In this document: piece by piece, positions 1-12,872 of the stretch | Numbering within the stretch: position 1 is the first letter of the stretch | Layout: each line of letters begins with the position of its first letter | NCBI RefSeq assembly: GCF_002113885.1 | Contig: NW_018407075.1 | Coordinates: forward strand, 193,084 to 257,083 | Origin: Mizuhopecten yessoensis | Taxonomy: Eukaryota | Length of the DNA: 64,000 nucleotides | Reading direction: 5' to 3' | Made by a program: the position numbers and the translations under genes | Notes under the pieces: generated by a model | The model's database searches: none | Told to the model about the DNA's origin: nothing | Seen by the model: the letters and a program-made list of their open reading frames with translations, nothing else

Positions 1-510
1 TTACAAACAGATTTAGATGACCCCTATTTCAAGCAAGCATATTAATTATAATAAGGGTTAGACACGAAAATTAATTTATTACAGGACAGGTAAAATGCAT
101 CTTGCTAGTTCGGGGGCGAATAAAAAACTTCCCGACTCTAAATGGGCCTCTAAGACAAATATATTATTTCTTAATCAGGTTCGAATGACCCCTTTGCCGA
201 GCACATATTTTATATTTATAACATCGGTTGATCAAAAATTTCATCTTGTAACAGGACAGGTTATATGCAACTGGCCAGATAGGGTTCGAATCTAAACTTA
301 AAACAGGCGCTCTACTCCTAACACTAGATGGAAGCCCTGTTTCAATTGGTCTACCGTGTCACTGACAATCGACCTAGTCCAGATCGGCTTCACAAATATA
401 GGACCATTACGTGTGACCAGTGCCAGAAATAAACTACAGTCAGAGCTGTTATCAGAGCAAATGTCTACACAATTCATCTGGTCGTGTGGATAAACGGACA
501 CAGTTCCCAT

Positions 511-535
511 CGACGTCAGACACCGGAAGTGACGT
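511..535. promoter_or_regulatory. ETS-CRE composite promoter motif (CCGGAAGTGACGT) plus a second CRE-like site
   Basis: Exact CCGGAAGTGACGT at 523-535 and GACGTCA at 512-518, inside a CpG-rich patch (~300-680). Confidence 0.55.
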
Positions 536-1101
536 GGACAATCAAGGTGTCGCCATGTCGTCGCGGTTCTGTGCTTATCTCGGTAAAAGGTATCACGCCA
601 TACCCTCGAACGGATATCACGCCATCAGACCGTCCCTCATTCAACTCAACCTGTCCAGGCACATCTGGTGTTAGTTTGAGATCAAAACAAATTGTCTGAG
701 GTTTTCTAAAGGCATCCATCATCAAAAACAACCAAATAAATAAATAAATCTACACTCAATATATCTCATGCTGTGCAATATCTACTACCATTTAACTTAT
801 AATTGTCACAAAGAATTTTTGAATGCGACCGGTAAAAAAATCAAAGGAAAGCACAGCACGCCAATGCTTTAGAAAGCAAAATGAAGAAAACGTATTTATT
901 TTATGCTGTTGAAAGAGATTTTCATAGAATTTTCTCCGAGGTGTCCTGAAAATCTCTTTCAAACTTTTGATGAGTCCAATCACTAAGAGATGAAATGGTT
1001 TCTCTCAAAAATGGTGAATTCCATAAAAAATGGAAGCATGAATCAGTGACTCGAATGTCTGCGGTTCACAACTCACTGATTGGTGCTATTCGAGCAGCGT
1101 A

Positions 1102-1508
1102 GCGGAGGATCAAATAAACACACAAAAGGTTATTTAAGAGGTGATGTTATAATCAACTTAAAAAAATAGCAATCTCTATTCGCCTTAGTAAATCGCACGA
1201 AAAAAATGACAAAATATTAATCAAGAAGCATGAAGTAAGGGTACTAAATGAAAAATGAATAAATATATAAGCATCATGCCTATTATATAAAACTTAAAAA
1301 GAATATTTTTACAAATATGAAAATAATTATCAGCCCGAGCGTTTTCATTTTTGTGTTTATGTACAACTGTAGAGAAATCATGCACGGCTTTAGACCGATA
1401 CGAATTGACAGTGCAAAACCAACGTAACAGAAGGTTACTTATTTTCATATGCTATATTATGATAATGATAAAAGTGTTCAATTGATCAATTTAGTGTGAT
1501 CCTCCTTT
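1102..1508. mobile_element. Degenerate MITE
   Basis: GGAGGATCA ... TGATCCTCC inverted termini. Confidence 0.35.
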
Positions 1509-1709
1509 GCACAATTAAGTATGAGGAGGTATTTCTATCGTACATTTGTTTCAATAAAAATGATATATCACGAAAAAATTAGAAAATTACATCCAGGAAG
1601 TGCTATGATGGAGTTAAATACTTCTTTCGTCATTAAAGGACCGTCGACATTGTTGCGTGTTGTCCTAACAACACGTGACAGTTACATATAACATAACAAC
1701 ACTAACAAC

Positions 1710-2062
1710 CCGGGTGGAGTATAAAATGGTCTGGGCTGGATGTCGCGGTATCTGTGCTGCAGCATTCTAGTGATGTGGCACTATAAAAGATGCCGTTGGA
1801 AGCAAGGTCCCACGACAAACAGAACACAATACATCTCCAGCACACACGCAGGCATACATACATAGGGAGATATTAGCCAGGTGGCATAGGACTAGTAGTT
1901 AGCGCCAGAAAAGGCAGCTCCTGCAAATTCCTCCAAAACTGTATTGATTTATGTTTTTTTCATGTTACATGTTTGTATAAATGTATACCATGTACTGTAA
2001 AGCGCTTTCGAGTGGCGTATTCTAGCTAGATATGGCACTATATGAAATATTGTATGTTTACT
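1710..2062 (+). mobile_element. SINE with Meta-like core and L2-like tail (BivaMD-like)
   Basis: Meta-like core AGTGATGTGGCACTATAAAA and tail TGTAAAGCGCTTT...GGCACTATAT. A second, inverted copy lies at 11855-12112. Confidence 0.65.
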
Positions 2063-2759
2063 TATAGTGAAATATTTGTATACTGCTTCCTCGCAAACGT
2101 GGAAAATTTAATTAGCTGTATTATATTATATGTGATTTGTATTGTTGAGTAACCTAGATAATGTCCTCGGTGAAGATCACTGACGTCACACACGATCACA
2201 CGTACGGCAGTACTACACACCTCTGTGGCCGATAAAGACACGGGGCACTTGACGTTTATCTGATCAGGATAAATTGGAAACCTTGACCATGGAGAGAACT
2301 GATTAGTAGATTCTGTTAGATGTTTGTGGAAGATAAAAGAAATGATATCTAAAAGATCAACGTAAGAAACACTCGGAATTCCACCTATTAAAGTCATCAT
2401 TAGATACCGTCTGCCGTATGAAAATGAATTACACTGCTGTTTAAAAAATAAATATGTTCAGAAATCAATATTTTTTGGGGGGAAATTATAATTAAGTTAC
2501 GTCAATATCCAAAAGATTTCTTTATTTCTAAACAACCTTACGAGGGTTATCAAGGACTCTTCAGTATATATATACATCAACGTAAGTTTCCCGACAGCAA
2601 TAGTAACGACCAGGATACCTTTACAAAACTGATGACATCGGAAACCTCCACAAAAACATCCAGAGGCGATAACATTTACTTCAAGAAGGTACTTTTTACT
2701 GCACCACATGTGGTAAAGGATGTGGTGTTTGACATTTCATCCAGGAGATATGTAGCTCA

Positions 2760-2847
2760 TTAACCCTTTTGACACTGTAGACAATGGACTCGCCCAGTTT
2801 AATGCATGGTAGAGTCTACTCAAGTTACGTAGGAGTAAAAGGATTAA
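2760..2847. mobile_element. Short piggyBac-type MITE, family A
   Basis: TTAA|CCCTTT...AAAGGA|TTAA, homologous to the copies at 14824, 19971 and 24245. Confidence 0.7.
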
Positions 2848-3766
2848 CTACTGTACCTAACATTAAAAAAGGCTTCGATCCATGGTAGATAGACACTGAA
2901 GTCAAACAGCTGGCATTCGGATGATAATGAAGACTAAAAATGTCTTTCATCGTAGGATTGAAGCCAACCGGTACATAAATCCTGGTCAGTCAGGCTGTTG
3001 GTGGACAGGGTGAATATATATTAAGAAATTCCTGGTATCAAAAAGTCACCCGTGATAATCTGGTTAGGCTCGTATGTTCCTACTGAGGAGAGAATTGTTA
3101 ACGATTTTGAAATATAAATCGACATGTTTGTCAAATAGTCTCCCTGTTTCAATTCCTTGAATTTGTAATTTTTATACTTTCTGATCCACTGAAGCATCAA
3201 AAGTCATTCCCAGCTTTTGAGAATGTGTACGAAATTCCTCATATATTTTTTAACAAAATTTAGACAAATTTAATAATGGCATTAATGGGGTGACATCATC
3301 AACATTATCATATGGAACATTTTAATCAATTTTTTTTCTTAAGTTGAGTAAGTTCAAGGGATTTTCCGAAGGCGGTCTTAGCATACGGACTCGTCATCTC
3401 ATATTGTACTGTTGTTATGTCCCGTCATCATAGAATAATATAACGAAAGCGTATTCTATATGAATATAATTAAAACGAATGGTAGTATGATTATTAAGAC
3501 AAAAGGTAGTGTATTCGATAGGATGTAAATTGTATTATATTGATTAAGACCCAAGTTTCCCTTACATGTACCAAGACATCTCTCTGTGTTATCGGCAGTT
3601 GTTATCTCCAATAATTATCTGTAGTGTTTATATTAACCATGTGAACGTGTGATGCTGACCAGAAAAGCAAACAATTAATTGTATAAGCAAACATTATCTT
3701 CGCATGAATGTTAGCACAGTAGGGTTATTACTAGAAGGTTACTTGAGGACAAAATCAACTCCCTCT

Positions 3767-3956
3767 TATTCCGTCTTTGCGTATTGCAGAGGTATCTTCT
3801 CTTGAGAGCAGGTATTGATTGTTACGTCATTGGTTCGTGTGAGAAAATTACGTCGTTTTCTCAAAAATTGATGACGTTACTCTCACAAACAAATGACGTA
3901 ACAATCAATACCTGCTCTCAGGAGAAGATAACTCTGCAATACGCAAAGACGGAATT
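3767..3956. mobile_element. Fold-back MITE (~190 bp)
   Basis: ~70-bp inverted arms ATTCCGTCTTTGCGTATTGCAGAG... A second copy lies at 35169-35358. Confidence 0.85.
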
Positions 3957-4720
3957 AAGGTTAGGTAACATTTCAGGTAAAGGTGAAAATAAATAATATC
4001 ATAATCTCAACAAAAATCACCAAATTCCTTCTGCACCTAATATGCCGTCATTAAATGACCAAAGCTGTTGATAGGACGTTAAACAACTCTAAACCAAACC
4101 AAACCAAACCTACCAAGCACCTAATATGACAGAACATATAAAATGTAATACTTCGGACATCGTATTTTACTATCAGAATTTCTGCTGATATACCTAAATC
4201 TATGTTTAAGAGGTTCATATTTTATATTGTTTAACTTAATCTGAATCCCAGCTTTGAGAGTACCAGTGTCTGTGATGCTTCAGGATTTGTTTACCGTTTC
4301 TTAAACCCTTGCCGACCTACTTACCTCCTTGGATATGACAAAAGACACCATGCCACTGACTTGTAATGTTGGTTATGTGGTCGTTCAAGATATACATATA
4401 TCATTTTGTTCTACTGTTGTCTCAATTCTATTATAATCTTCCTTAATCAATTATGTGTTCGCACTTTATCCAAGTTTGACAATAGTATTTTCGTTCGGTT
4501 TTATTTGATTTAAAATGTTTTTAGGTAATTAAATGCAATGATTGAACCAACTTTCATGTTTTTATATTTTCTAGAATCGCGCTAATTTAAGCCATGTGAA
4601 ACTACACTTTTGTGAACTTTTAAAATAGAACACAGCCATCGTTGCCCTTGCCACGAACTAATGCCGTCATTTTATTGTATTCCTTGTGACGAAACAAATA
4701 TTGTATTGAAAATTTCGCAG

Positions 4721-5812
4721 GTAAATGGTAATATATGTGTTATTTTTGTATATGTGCATCATCCTTTTATATGGCATGATATCGTTTGTGTTGAGCAGAG
4801 GACAAAATATGGGACACTCTATAATTTGATGAAATTGAACAGATTTACAACCAATCTAGTAAATGGCCGCAAAAAAAGGATAATGCACTATGTAAATAAC
4901 TTCGAAAATAGCTGAATTGAAAGTTGAAATATAATCAGATTAAATATACACTCTCAACCTTCAGTGGCTGACCCACACCGGCGTCATGTGGAGATGTCCT
5001 TGTATCAGATCCCAGCACTGTAGTACGAGTGTTACACGCGTGTTATCTTCTGCTTTATTATCTACTGTAAACATTTGCTGAACACTGTGGGATACCAACG
5101 ATTGATCTATTTGTTATATTGTTATAAAAAAAAACACCACCATTCGTTATAGTTCAAATGAATACACATCGAGTTATTTAGTTAATTTTCTCTTTGGTCC
5201 TCTTATAATTCTTGCAATGTCATACCCAACCAAGACACGATTAATAAAGAAATTATCATAAAAAAAAAAAAATGTTTGGGGGGGATAGAATTTAAATTTG
5301 CGTTATCAATTTGTTAGCACAAGCTGCGAAATGTCAGGAGAGGGTGACAAAGAAGCTGTTTCACTATTGTTTTGGACAAAGTGTGCCCTTCGATATAGCG
5401 TCAAACTCCGACTCCACTATACGCCGAATAACTGAAAATGTTGATATAGTATTCTAATTTTATTCAGTGGCCAATCTAAAGATGCTGTCGATGTAGATTT
5501 AACAAGATGGTTGGGAGGTTTGAAAGAATTTATCACAATGTACTCGTCTAAACAGGTGTTTAATGATTGATATGATCTTTTTAACGCTTATGATTAAACG
5601 GAAAACAACAGTGCATCTTGAAAATATGTGCGGAATGCGGAGACATATTTGAGTGGAACTATGTTGCATGTCATAATAAATGTTAAAAAGATGCATTTTA
5701 GATTCATTATAATTATGTGTATAACAATATCAAAATTCTATATTTTCTTTTTGTGTATGCTTTATAAAACATTCAATACAAACTGTTTATCAAAGCTTGG
5801 AATGGAAGAGAC
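4721..5812 (+). repeat. Left arm of a diverged inverted duplication
   Basis: Collinear reverse-complement matches to 8827-10003 (see findings). Confidence 0.8.
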
Positions 5813-7267
5813 ATATGTGTTGTGTTTTCCTATAGTGTTCTGTGAAAGTGTTTTTAGTAAAAAAAAAAAAAAAACTGGTAGTGAGTTAATGTAAGTTTCA
5901 GTACAACTGGTTGTGTGTTTATACAAATGTTAGTACAGCAAATAATGTGTTTATATAAGTTTTTGAGCGTGAGGTATCGTAATTATGTAAATGCCCCTTA
6001 GGTGCATAAGTAAATAGATCAGAGTCACGTTATCTACAAACCTTCGTTGGTGAGCATGTATGTTATAACATAAAAAGTAGTTAAATATAGCATACGAATG
6101 ATGGTTTTAAACCAAACAGGACATCATCTACCACGCTCTATGTACACCAATATACTATTTTTTAGCATATTACATAATTCAATATCAAAACTGATATCAA
6201 ACGTTTCAAGACAATGGAAACGACATCATGTTACTAGTGTGACGTTGCCTTGGAGACGTTACACACGCAAAGGCATAATAACGGCTATGAAGACTTGTGT
6301 TCGGGAAAAATGGCCGTGACAGAATTATTATGTAAATGAGTTATTGGCGCATAGTTTCGTTTATTAATGATATAATTTACTACATACAATTTAAGTACAA
6401 TGTTAAATGAAATAACTGGCCATTGATTGTGCATGCATCAAGCATGAGATGCAGAAAACGATGCCACCCTTTCTTCCTTTGATTGATATTCCTTATAGAG
6501 GATTAACCTGTTAACAGGATAACGACCTCACTAATGACCTTCCTTCCTTATGCCGATAAGCTATCATATGATGTCCTGCATGACCGTTAGATGACCGATA
6601 TTCTGAAAACAATGGAGCTGAATTTTATGTCATATCTTAAACATATATATTCGTATGTGATTTCTCTTCATTATGAAATGAATTATTTAATTTGTCATAC
6701 AAATGTTTCTATAACAGTTTTAAATATACCTGACTCCGATCCATGTTTTATCAGTTTTTCGGGATCATGACCTTGACGTTGTCATCCCAGGTATCACATG
6801 TTGTTTTTGCGTGTTTCATTATATCTGAATATTGACTTTCGGTCCCTAATACTTTAATCTGATTTTATGTGATACCACTGATGCGACCTTATGGGACGAA
6901 ATGGTCATAAATAGCGCAGTTAATAAATGCATAGTTTGGTTTTCTGGATCAGCAAATGTAGTAATGCCTACAAAACAAACCGCGAATGTAGTACTAATAT
7001 TATCATCATAATTCGTTTTTCTGTTTCTACGTCAATAAAAGGTTTTCAAAATATATTGCTTACAGTGAGTTGGTTATTCTTGCTCAACTTGTTTCATTGA
7101 CAATCTTTCGCAGTGTAACGGCTATTATTTGGTTATTAAGGGTGCGGTATGTATTAAAATGAACGCAGAATTTAAAACAACGTCAACAAACAATCCGAAA
7201 CTCTTTGATTGAAGTAAGAAAGTGAGATAAAAAAAAACAGGTATTAGGACGATTTTGATGGGTCATT

Positions 7268-8828
7268 TAGTATGTAGGTTACCAACTGTCAAATATGTGA
7301 AAGTGTGTAGGTTACCAGCTGTCAAATCTATGATGTGTGTAGGTTACTAACTGTCAAATTTATGATGTGTGTAGGTTACCAACTGGCAAACTTATGATGT
7401 GTGTAGGTTACCAACTGTCAAATCTATGAAAGTGTGTAGGTTACCAACTGTCAAATCTATGATGTGTGTATGTTACTAACTGTCAAATCTATGATGTATG
7501 TATGTTACTAACTGTCAAATCTATGATGTGTGTAGGTTACCAACTGTCAAACTTATTATGTGTGTAGGTTACCAACTGTCAAATCTATGATGTGTGTTTG
7601 TTACTAACTGTCAAATCTATGATGTATGTATGTTACTAACTGTCAAATCTATGATGTCTGTAGGTTACCAACTGTCAAATCTATGAAAGTGTGTAGGTTA
7701 ACAACTGTCACATCTATGATGTGTGTATGTTACTAACTGTCCAATCTATGATGTATGTATGTTACTAACTGTCAAATCTATGATGTCTGTAGGTTACCAA
7801 CTGTCAAATCTATGATGTGTGTTTGTTACTAACTGTCAAATCTATGATGTGTGTAGGTTACCAACTGTCAAATATATGAAGGTGTGTAGGTTACCATCTG
7901 TCAAATATATGAAAGTGTGTAGGTTATCAACTGTCAAATCTATGAAAGGATATAGGTTACCAATTGTCAAATCTATGACAGTGTGTAGGTCACCAACCGT
8001 CTATATGAAAGTGTGTTAGTCGCTAACCGTCAAATCTATGAATCTACCAAGGACTGTCAGTCACTAAATGACAAATCCATTGAAGTATGTAGGTCACTAA
8101 ATGACAAATCCATTGAAGTATGCATGTAGGTCACTAAATGACAAATCCATTGAAGTATGTAGGTCACTAAACTCAATTCCAGAAAGTATATGGGTCACCT
8201 ACTGTCATATCCACTAAAGAATGTAAGTCACTAACCAACAATTCCAGAAAAGTATGTAGGTCACCAATCGTCAACTCAATCAAAGTATGTAGGTCACCAA
8301 TCGTCAACTCAATCAAAGTATGTAGGTCACAAATCGTCAACTCAATCAAAGAATGTAGGTCATCAATCTTAAAATCAACCATTGTTTGTAGATAACCTAC
8401 TTTCAAAACCATCAAAGTATTAAGGTCATCAATCCTAAAAACAATAAAGTTTATAGGTCACCAACTGTCAAATACACGGAAATATGTAGGTCACCAACTG
8501 TCAAACACACGGAAGTATGTAGGTCACCAACTGTCAAATACACGGAGGTATGTAGGTCACCAACTGTCAAATACACGGAGGTATGTAGGTCACCAACTGT
8601 CAAATACACGGAGGTATGTAAGTCACCAACCGTCAAATCCGATAAAGTATATAGGTCACCAACTGTCAAATACACGGAAGTATGTAAGTCACCAACTGTC
8701 AAATACACGAGGGTAGGTAGGTCACCAACTCTCAAATCTTTGAAAGTATTCAGGTCACCAACCGTCAAATTCACCACAGTTTGTAAGTCACCAACCGTCA
8801 AATCATGAATGTATCAAATCATGTAGGT
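7268..8828. repeat. Minisatellite array, 32-33-bp unit (GTAGGT[T/C]ACCAACTGTCAAAT...)
   Basis: About 45 units in three sequence sub-domains (7268-8040, 8050-8450, 8450-8828). Confidence 0.95.
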
Positions 8829-10003
8829 CTCTTCCATTCTTTGGTAAGAGAGTTTGTTTACAATGAATCGTAAACCATAAGAGACCACACATAAAGAAAG
8901 TTTAGATTTTTCTTTGTTTTATTTGAACATAATTATAAGTATTTATATGGTCTGTTTAACATTTATTATGGGTTGCAAATATATCTCCAACATGCGCTAT
9001 TGTTTTGCATGCCATTAAACACGTTACAAATATACGTGTTAAAGACGTGATTAATGTGATCGATTATTTACACTTTTCAACATTGTTTTTTTTTGTTTTT
9101 GTTTTTTTATATCGGTAGCATTTACCAGAAACACTCACTTATGCTGTTATACTTAATGTTAAACTTTCAGTAATACGGCGTATATTGGAGTCGGAATTTG
9201 AGGTTAGGTGCAAAGCCACACAATGAACGAAACAATGATTAAACAGCTTCTGCGCTAGCCCGAGTTTCCTCTGGCCCGGACCTCAGACTCAGAGATTTTG
9301 ACAGATAGATGCCCACACCAGACATCTATATGTCAAAATGTCTAAGTCTGGTGTCAGGGCCAGAGAGGAAACTCGGGCTACTTTGCACCAACTCTCAAAA
9401 TATTCAACTGTTTATTTCGTAGTTTGGATTTTAACACCCCCCCCCCCCCCCCCCCCCAAAAAAAGAAAAAGAAACGTGTTGGGGTACGATAAAGCTAGAA
9501 ATTGTTTCAACTTATTTGGATTCTTTTTAACTAAATAGATCAATCGTTTGTATCCCACAGAGTTCAGCAAATGTTGACAGTAGATAATAAGATACAAGGA
9601 TATCTCCACATGACACCTGTGTGGGTCAGCCACTGTAGCTTTAGAGTGTATAATTAGTCTAATTAAATATGAATATTTGCAAGTTCATAGTTTCTATTCA
9701 CGCTAAATACATTAAAAGTCGTGAGCGCGAAAACAACTGGTGACATAAAATCTCAGTTTGGCGACACATGTTCATAGCAAAACCAATTGGCGACACAGAA
9801 TGTTTCCTTAATCTGAGCCCTGCTATTGCTTATACTTTGATTATAATTATTAACCTAATTGGTTATAAAGATATGTAGTTCATGAAATGATATAGTGTCC
9901 TATAGTTTGCCCTCTGGTCAGCACAAGCACCAATACAAAAGAAACTGAACCATGTCACAGGATTAGGATACATAATTTATACAAACATAGTATTACCCTT
10001 TAC
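8827..10003 (-). repeat. Right arm of a diverged inverted duplication
   Basis: For example, 9533-9635 is the reverse complement of 4962-5112 with a ~50-bp deletion. Confidence 0.8.
9256..9380. mobile_element. Fold-back MITE with TA flanks
   Basis: TAGCCCGAGTTTCCTCT...AGAGGAAACTCGGGCTA with an internal palindrome. It is absent from the homologous inverted arm at ~5350. Confidence 0.8.
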
Positions 10004-10504
10004 TATTCGACGACTATTTTCTTTCATTAATAAATATGCAATATTGATACAACCTTCATTTATAATGAAGGAAACACTTCAATTATGTTCGACATGTAAA
10101 AGGTTATCAGTATACAAATTTCTACACACGGTGGATACCCGAGATGGGATGCAGTGTAATCATAGGCTACTTGAAATAGTTAGATGTCATCACAAGTTCA
10201 TGACATGGGAAATTATGGTGGTGCTCTACTAAGCTAGCTAATCTATTAGAAAGATACTAATTAATTTGGCAGCAATCCATATGATACAGGTTTTTTAATT
10301 AAACTATTTTAGCCATTTCATGTCGGCTATATTTAAAAAATGGTTGCAACTCCACACATGGAAAATATTTAAGTGGCTTCTATGGCAACCCAAGTTGTCA
10401 TTTATTCATGGAGCAAAGTTGATCCAGTACTTAACCAAATTATATAAGATATCTTATAAAAGATACATACGACTTGGTGTGCTTAAAGGGGCGTAACCGA
10501 GATT

Positions 10505-10672
10505 TCCAGGTCAGAAAGCTAGATAAGTTATCTTCATCAACATTTACTGAACCCCATGGGTCAGTGGTTTTTCTACGGGTACTCCGGTTTTTCTCCGCCA
10601 CCAATACTGGCACGTCCTGCAATGACCATAGCTATTAATAGGACGCTATAGAAAAGCACAGACAAACAAACC
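10505..10672 (+). mobile_element. V-domain SINE fragment
   Basis: V-domain motif GGTTTTCT.CGGGTACTCCGGTTT.CTCC and tail GCTATTAATAGGACG...CAAACAAAC. A related tail lies at 4045-4110. Confidence 0.65.
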
Positions 10673-10984
10673 AAGTGTCTCCCTGGGCACATGTCTTCAT
10701 ATGTCTTTTGATGTGGTGAGAACGTGAAACACTGAAAAAAAACCTCCACAAGAAGCAGTTTTAAAGGTAAAGGGTATAAACCAGTTAAACTTCTCGTCAT
10801 TGCCACTATGGGTAAATATGTTTAAGACCCTTTAAAAAGAAATATTCCATAACAAACGCAGGTAGAAATTTGATTGTTTTAAAGTAGAAATAGGAGAGCA
10901 GGTGTCCAACTTTGGATCTTTTTCTTGGAAAGCCTACACAATACCAATGTTACCATACAGGATGTATACAAGCATCAAAATGAA

Positions 10985-11055
10985 TGTCCAATTTGCTGGC
11001 CGCAATGAGTGTCCAATTTACTGGCCGCAATGAGTGTCCAATTTACTGGCCGCAA
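10985..11055. repeat. 25-bp unit x3
   Basis: GTCCAATTTACTGGCCGCAATGAGT in tandem. Confidence 0.85.
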
Positions 11056-11253
11056 CGCATATGAAAAATTTGGCAGGGGATGTTACTTTAAGCCGGAAGA
11101 ACTTATTTGGCTGCTTCATGTAACTCCAAGTAAATACAGGCTGGAACTCTTCTACGCGAGTATATCCGATACAGCGGACGTTTTACCTTAAAGGTTTATG
11201 GCAGAATAATACTGTAACGAGATTCATACAGTTAAAGTGCTTGATATGGTAAA

Positions 11254-11605
11254 GGATCTATGTCCCACTTCACTGTAGTTTTTCATGCACAGTAACTTAA
11301 TTTCGTTTTGGATATAACTGAAGCAAAGTATTTGCCAGAAACTTCCTCTGACCAGATAGCTCAGTCGGTTAGAGTGATAGTAAAACAATCTGAAGTTCGG
11401 GGTTTGAATCCTGGCTTGCCTGGTCTCGCTGACTTTTTTATATTCAGAACACTGCTGATTATATCATATTTATTTCAGCTCTATTGTCTTTACTTTTCAT
11501 AAAAAAAAACGCAAGGTATGGCTTTCTTTTCAGAAAAGATAAAGTCTCTCCTGAAAAACAGTTCCCAGTGGAAAGTAACAGTTTTTGGCAATGGCAGGAG
11601 AGTCC
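11254..11605 (+). mobile_element. Diverged copy of the tRNA-cassette TTAA MITE
   Basis: GGATCTATG...GAGTCC|TTAA, with internal GACCAGATAGCTCAGTCGGTTAGAG...GGTTTGAATCC and shared internal blocks (TGGCTTTCTTTTCAG). Confidence 0.6.
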
Positions 11606-11854
11606 TTAAATTCATATTATGACAGCGATTTTACATTGAAGGTCAAAACAAGTGTCATGAGACACGTGGTTTATACATGCATCCAAAGTATTATCAATAA
11701 TCAATTAAATCACGTTATCGAAAAACGAGTTTATATTATACATATGCATATAAAAATAGTATGTAGACAAATTATCAAAGTCAACAATCAACTGATTGTT
11801 TACAGATAATATGTAGATTAGATAGACACACAATAACAATCATCAATATCATTA

Positions 11855-12112
11855 AAATAAATAAAATAAATATACAACATTTGATATAGCGCCCTATCTA
11901 GCTAACATAAGCCACTCTAGAGCGCTTTAGAGTACATAGATATACAATTTAATACAATGAATACAATTAACATATACATTAATCAATACAATTTTGAAGA
12001 ATTCGCAGGAGCTGACTTATCAGGCGCTAACTACAAGTCCTATGCCACCTGGCTAATATCTCCCTATGTGTGAATGCCTGCGTGTGTGCTGGAGATGTAT
12101 TTTGTTCTGTTT
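11855..12112 (-). mobile_element. 5'-truncated copy of the same SINE
   Basis: Its reverse complement matches 1815-2060 (ACATCTCCAGCACACACGCAGGCA...GGGAGATATTAGCCAGGTGGCATAGGAC...AGCTCCTGC). Confidence 0.75.
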
Positions 12113-12872
12113 GGTCCACACAAACACAAATACCGTCATACCATACAAACAGAAATACCATTGTTCCACACAAAAGCAAGTCACGGGATCTACAAAAACA
12201 CATTGTCATCGGTTTAAACAAAAACAATATTTCATTGGTTTACACAAATGCGAGCCATCGGGGGCTTACGACTATCTATTGTTATTGGTTTTAAACCCCC
12301 CACAAATTTGTCATTGGTCCACACGAATATATGTTATAATTGGTCCATACAAGGCAAGCTATGATTAGTCAACACAAACATATTGTGAAGTTATCATAGG
12401 TCAATACAAATTATTATTGATCCATACCAACACACACAAGTACTGAATGTGATTGGGGCCATAACAAATAAAAATTCTCCCCAAAAACAGGCAATCGTAA
12501 AATGATGCAGTTGAGGTTGTAGTAGTGTTCGAAATACTATAATACACCTATATACCAAATTTTGACGAAATCAGTCATATCAAAATTTTAACCAATAAGA
12601 GGCAAGTCCTACGCCAGCATTTTTTTCTTATCAAAACAGAAAACTGTTGTAGCGTTTGCCGTACTATTATGCACAATAAACCAAATTTTAGCAAAATCGG
12701 TTAATCTCTAAATTTTGACCAATCAGAGGCCATGGCGGCCATGTTCGATGACTGAGGGGGAAAAGGAAAGGTCATTAACATATCACCTTCCATTCAAAGT
12801 AGAGAATATCCTTGACCTCAAAGTGAGAACTTGGGTAGTAGCAATGAAACAAGGCACACTAATAAACATAAT

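Noticed and set aside
2630-2646. Hammerhead core CTGATGA...GAAA
   Set aside because: No room for stem II and no stem I/III pairing.
2150-5560. Plus-strand coding exon chain (candidate exons near 2160, 2600, 2957, 4575, 4965, 5468)
   Set aside because: Splice-like sites exist, but the phases do not join into a long ORF and no protein family is recognisable.
7819-8801. Repeat-protein ORFs (CRLPTVK.., LTVGDLHTSVY)
   Set aside because: These are translations of the minisatellite; the frame is broken across most of the array.
7268-8828. CRISPR-like array
   Set aside because: Head-to-tail tandem units with no unique spacers, eukaryotic context and no cas genes.
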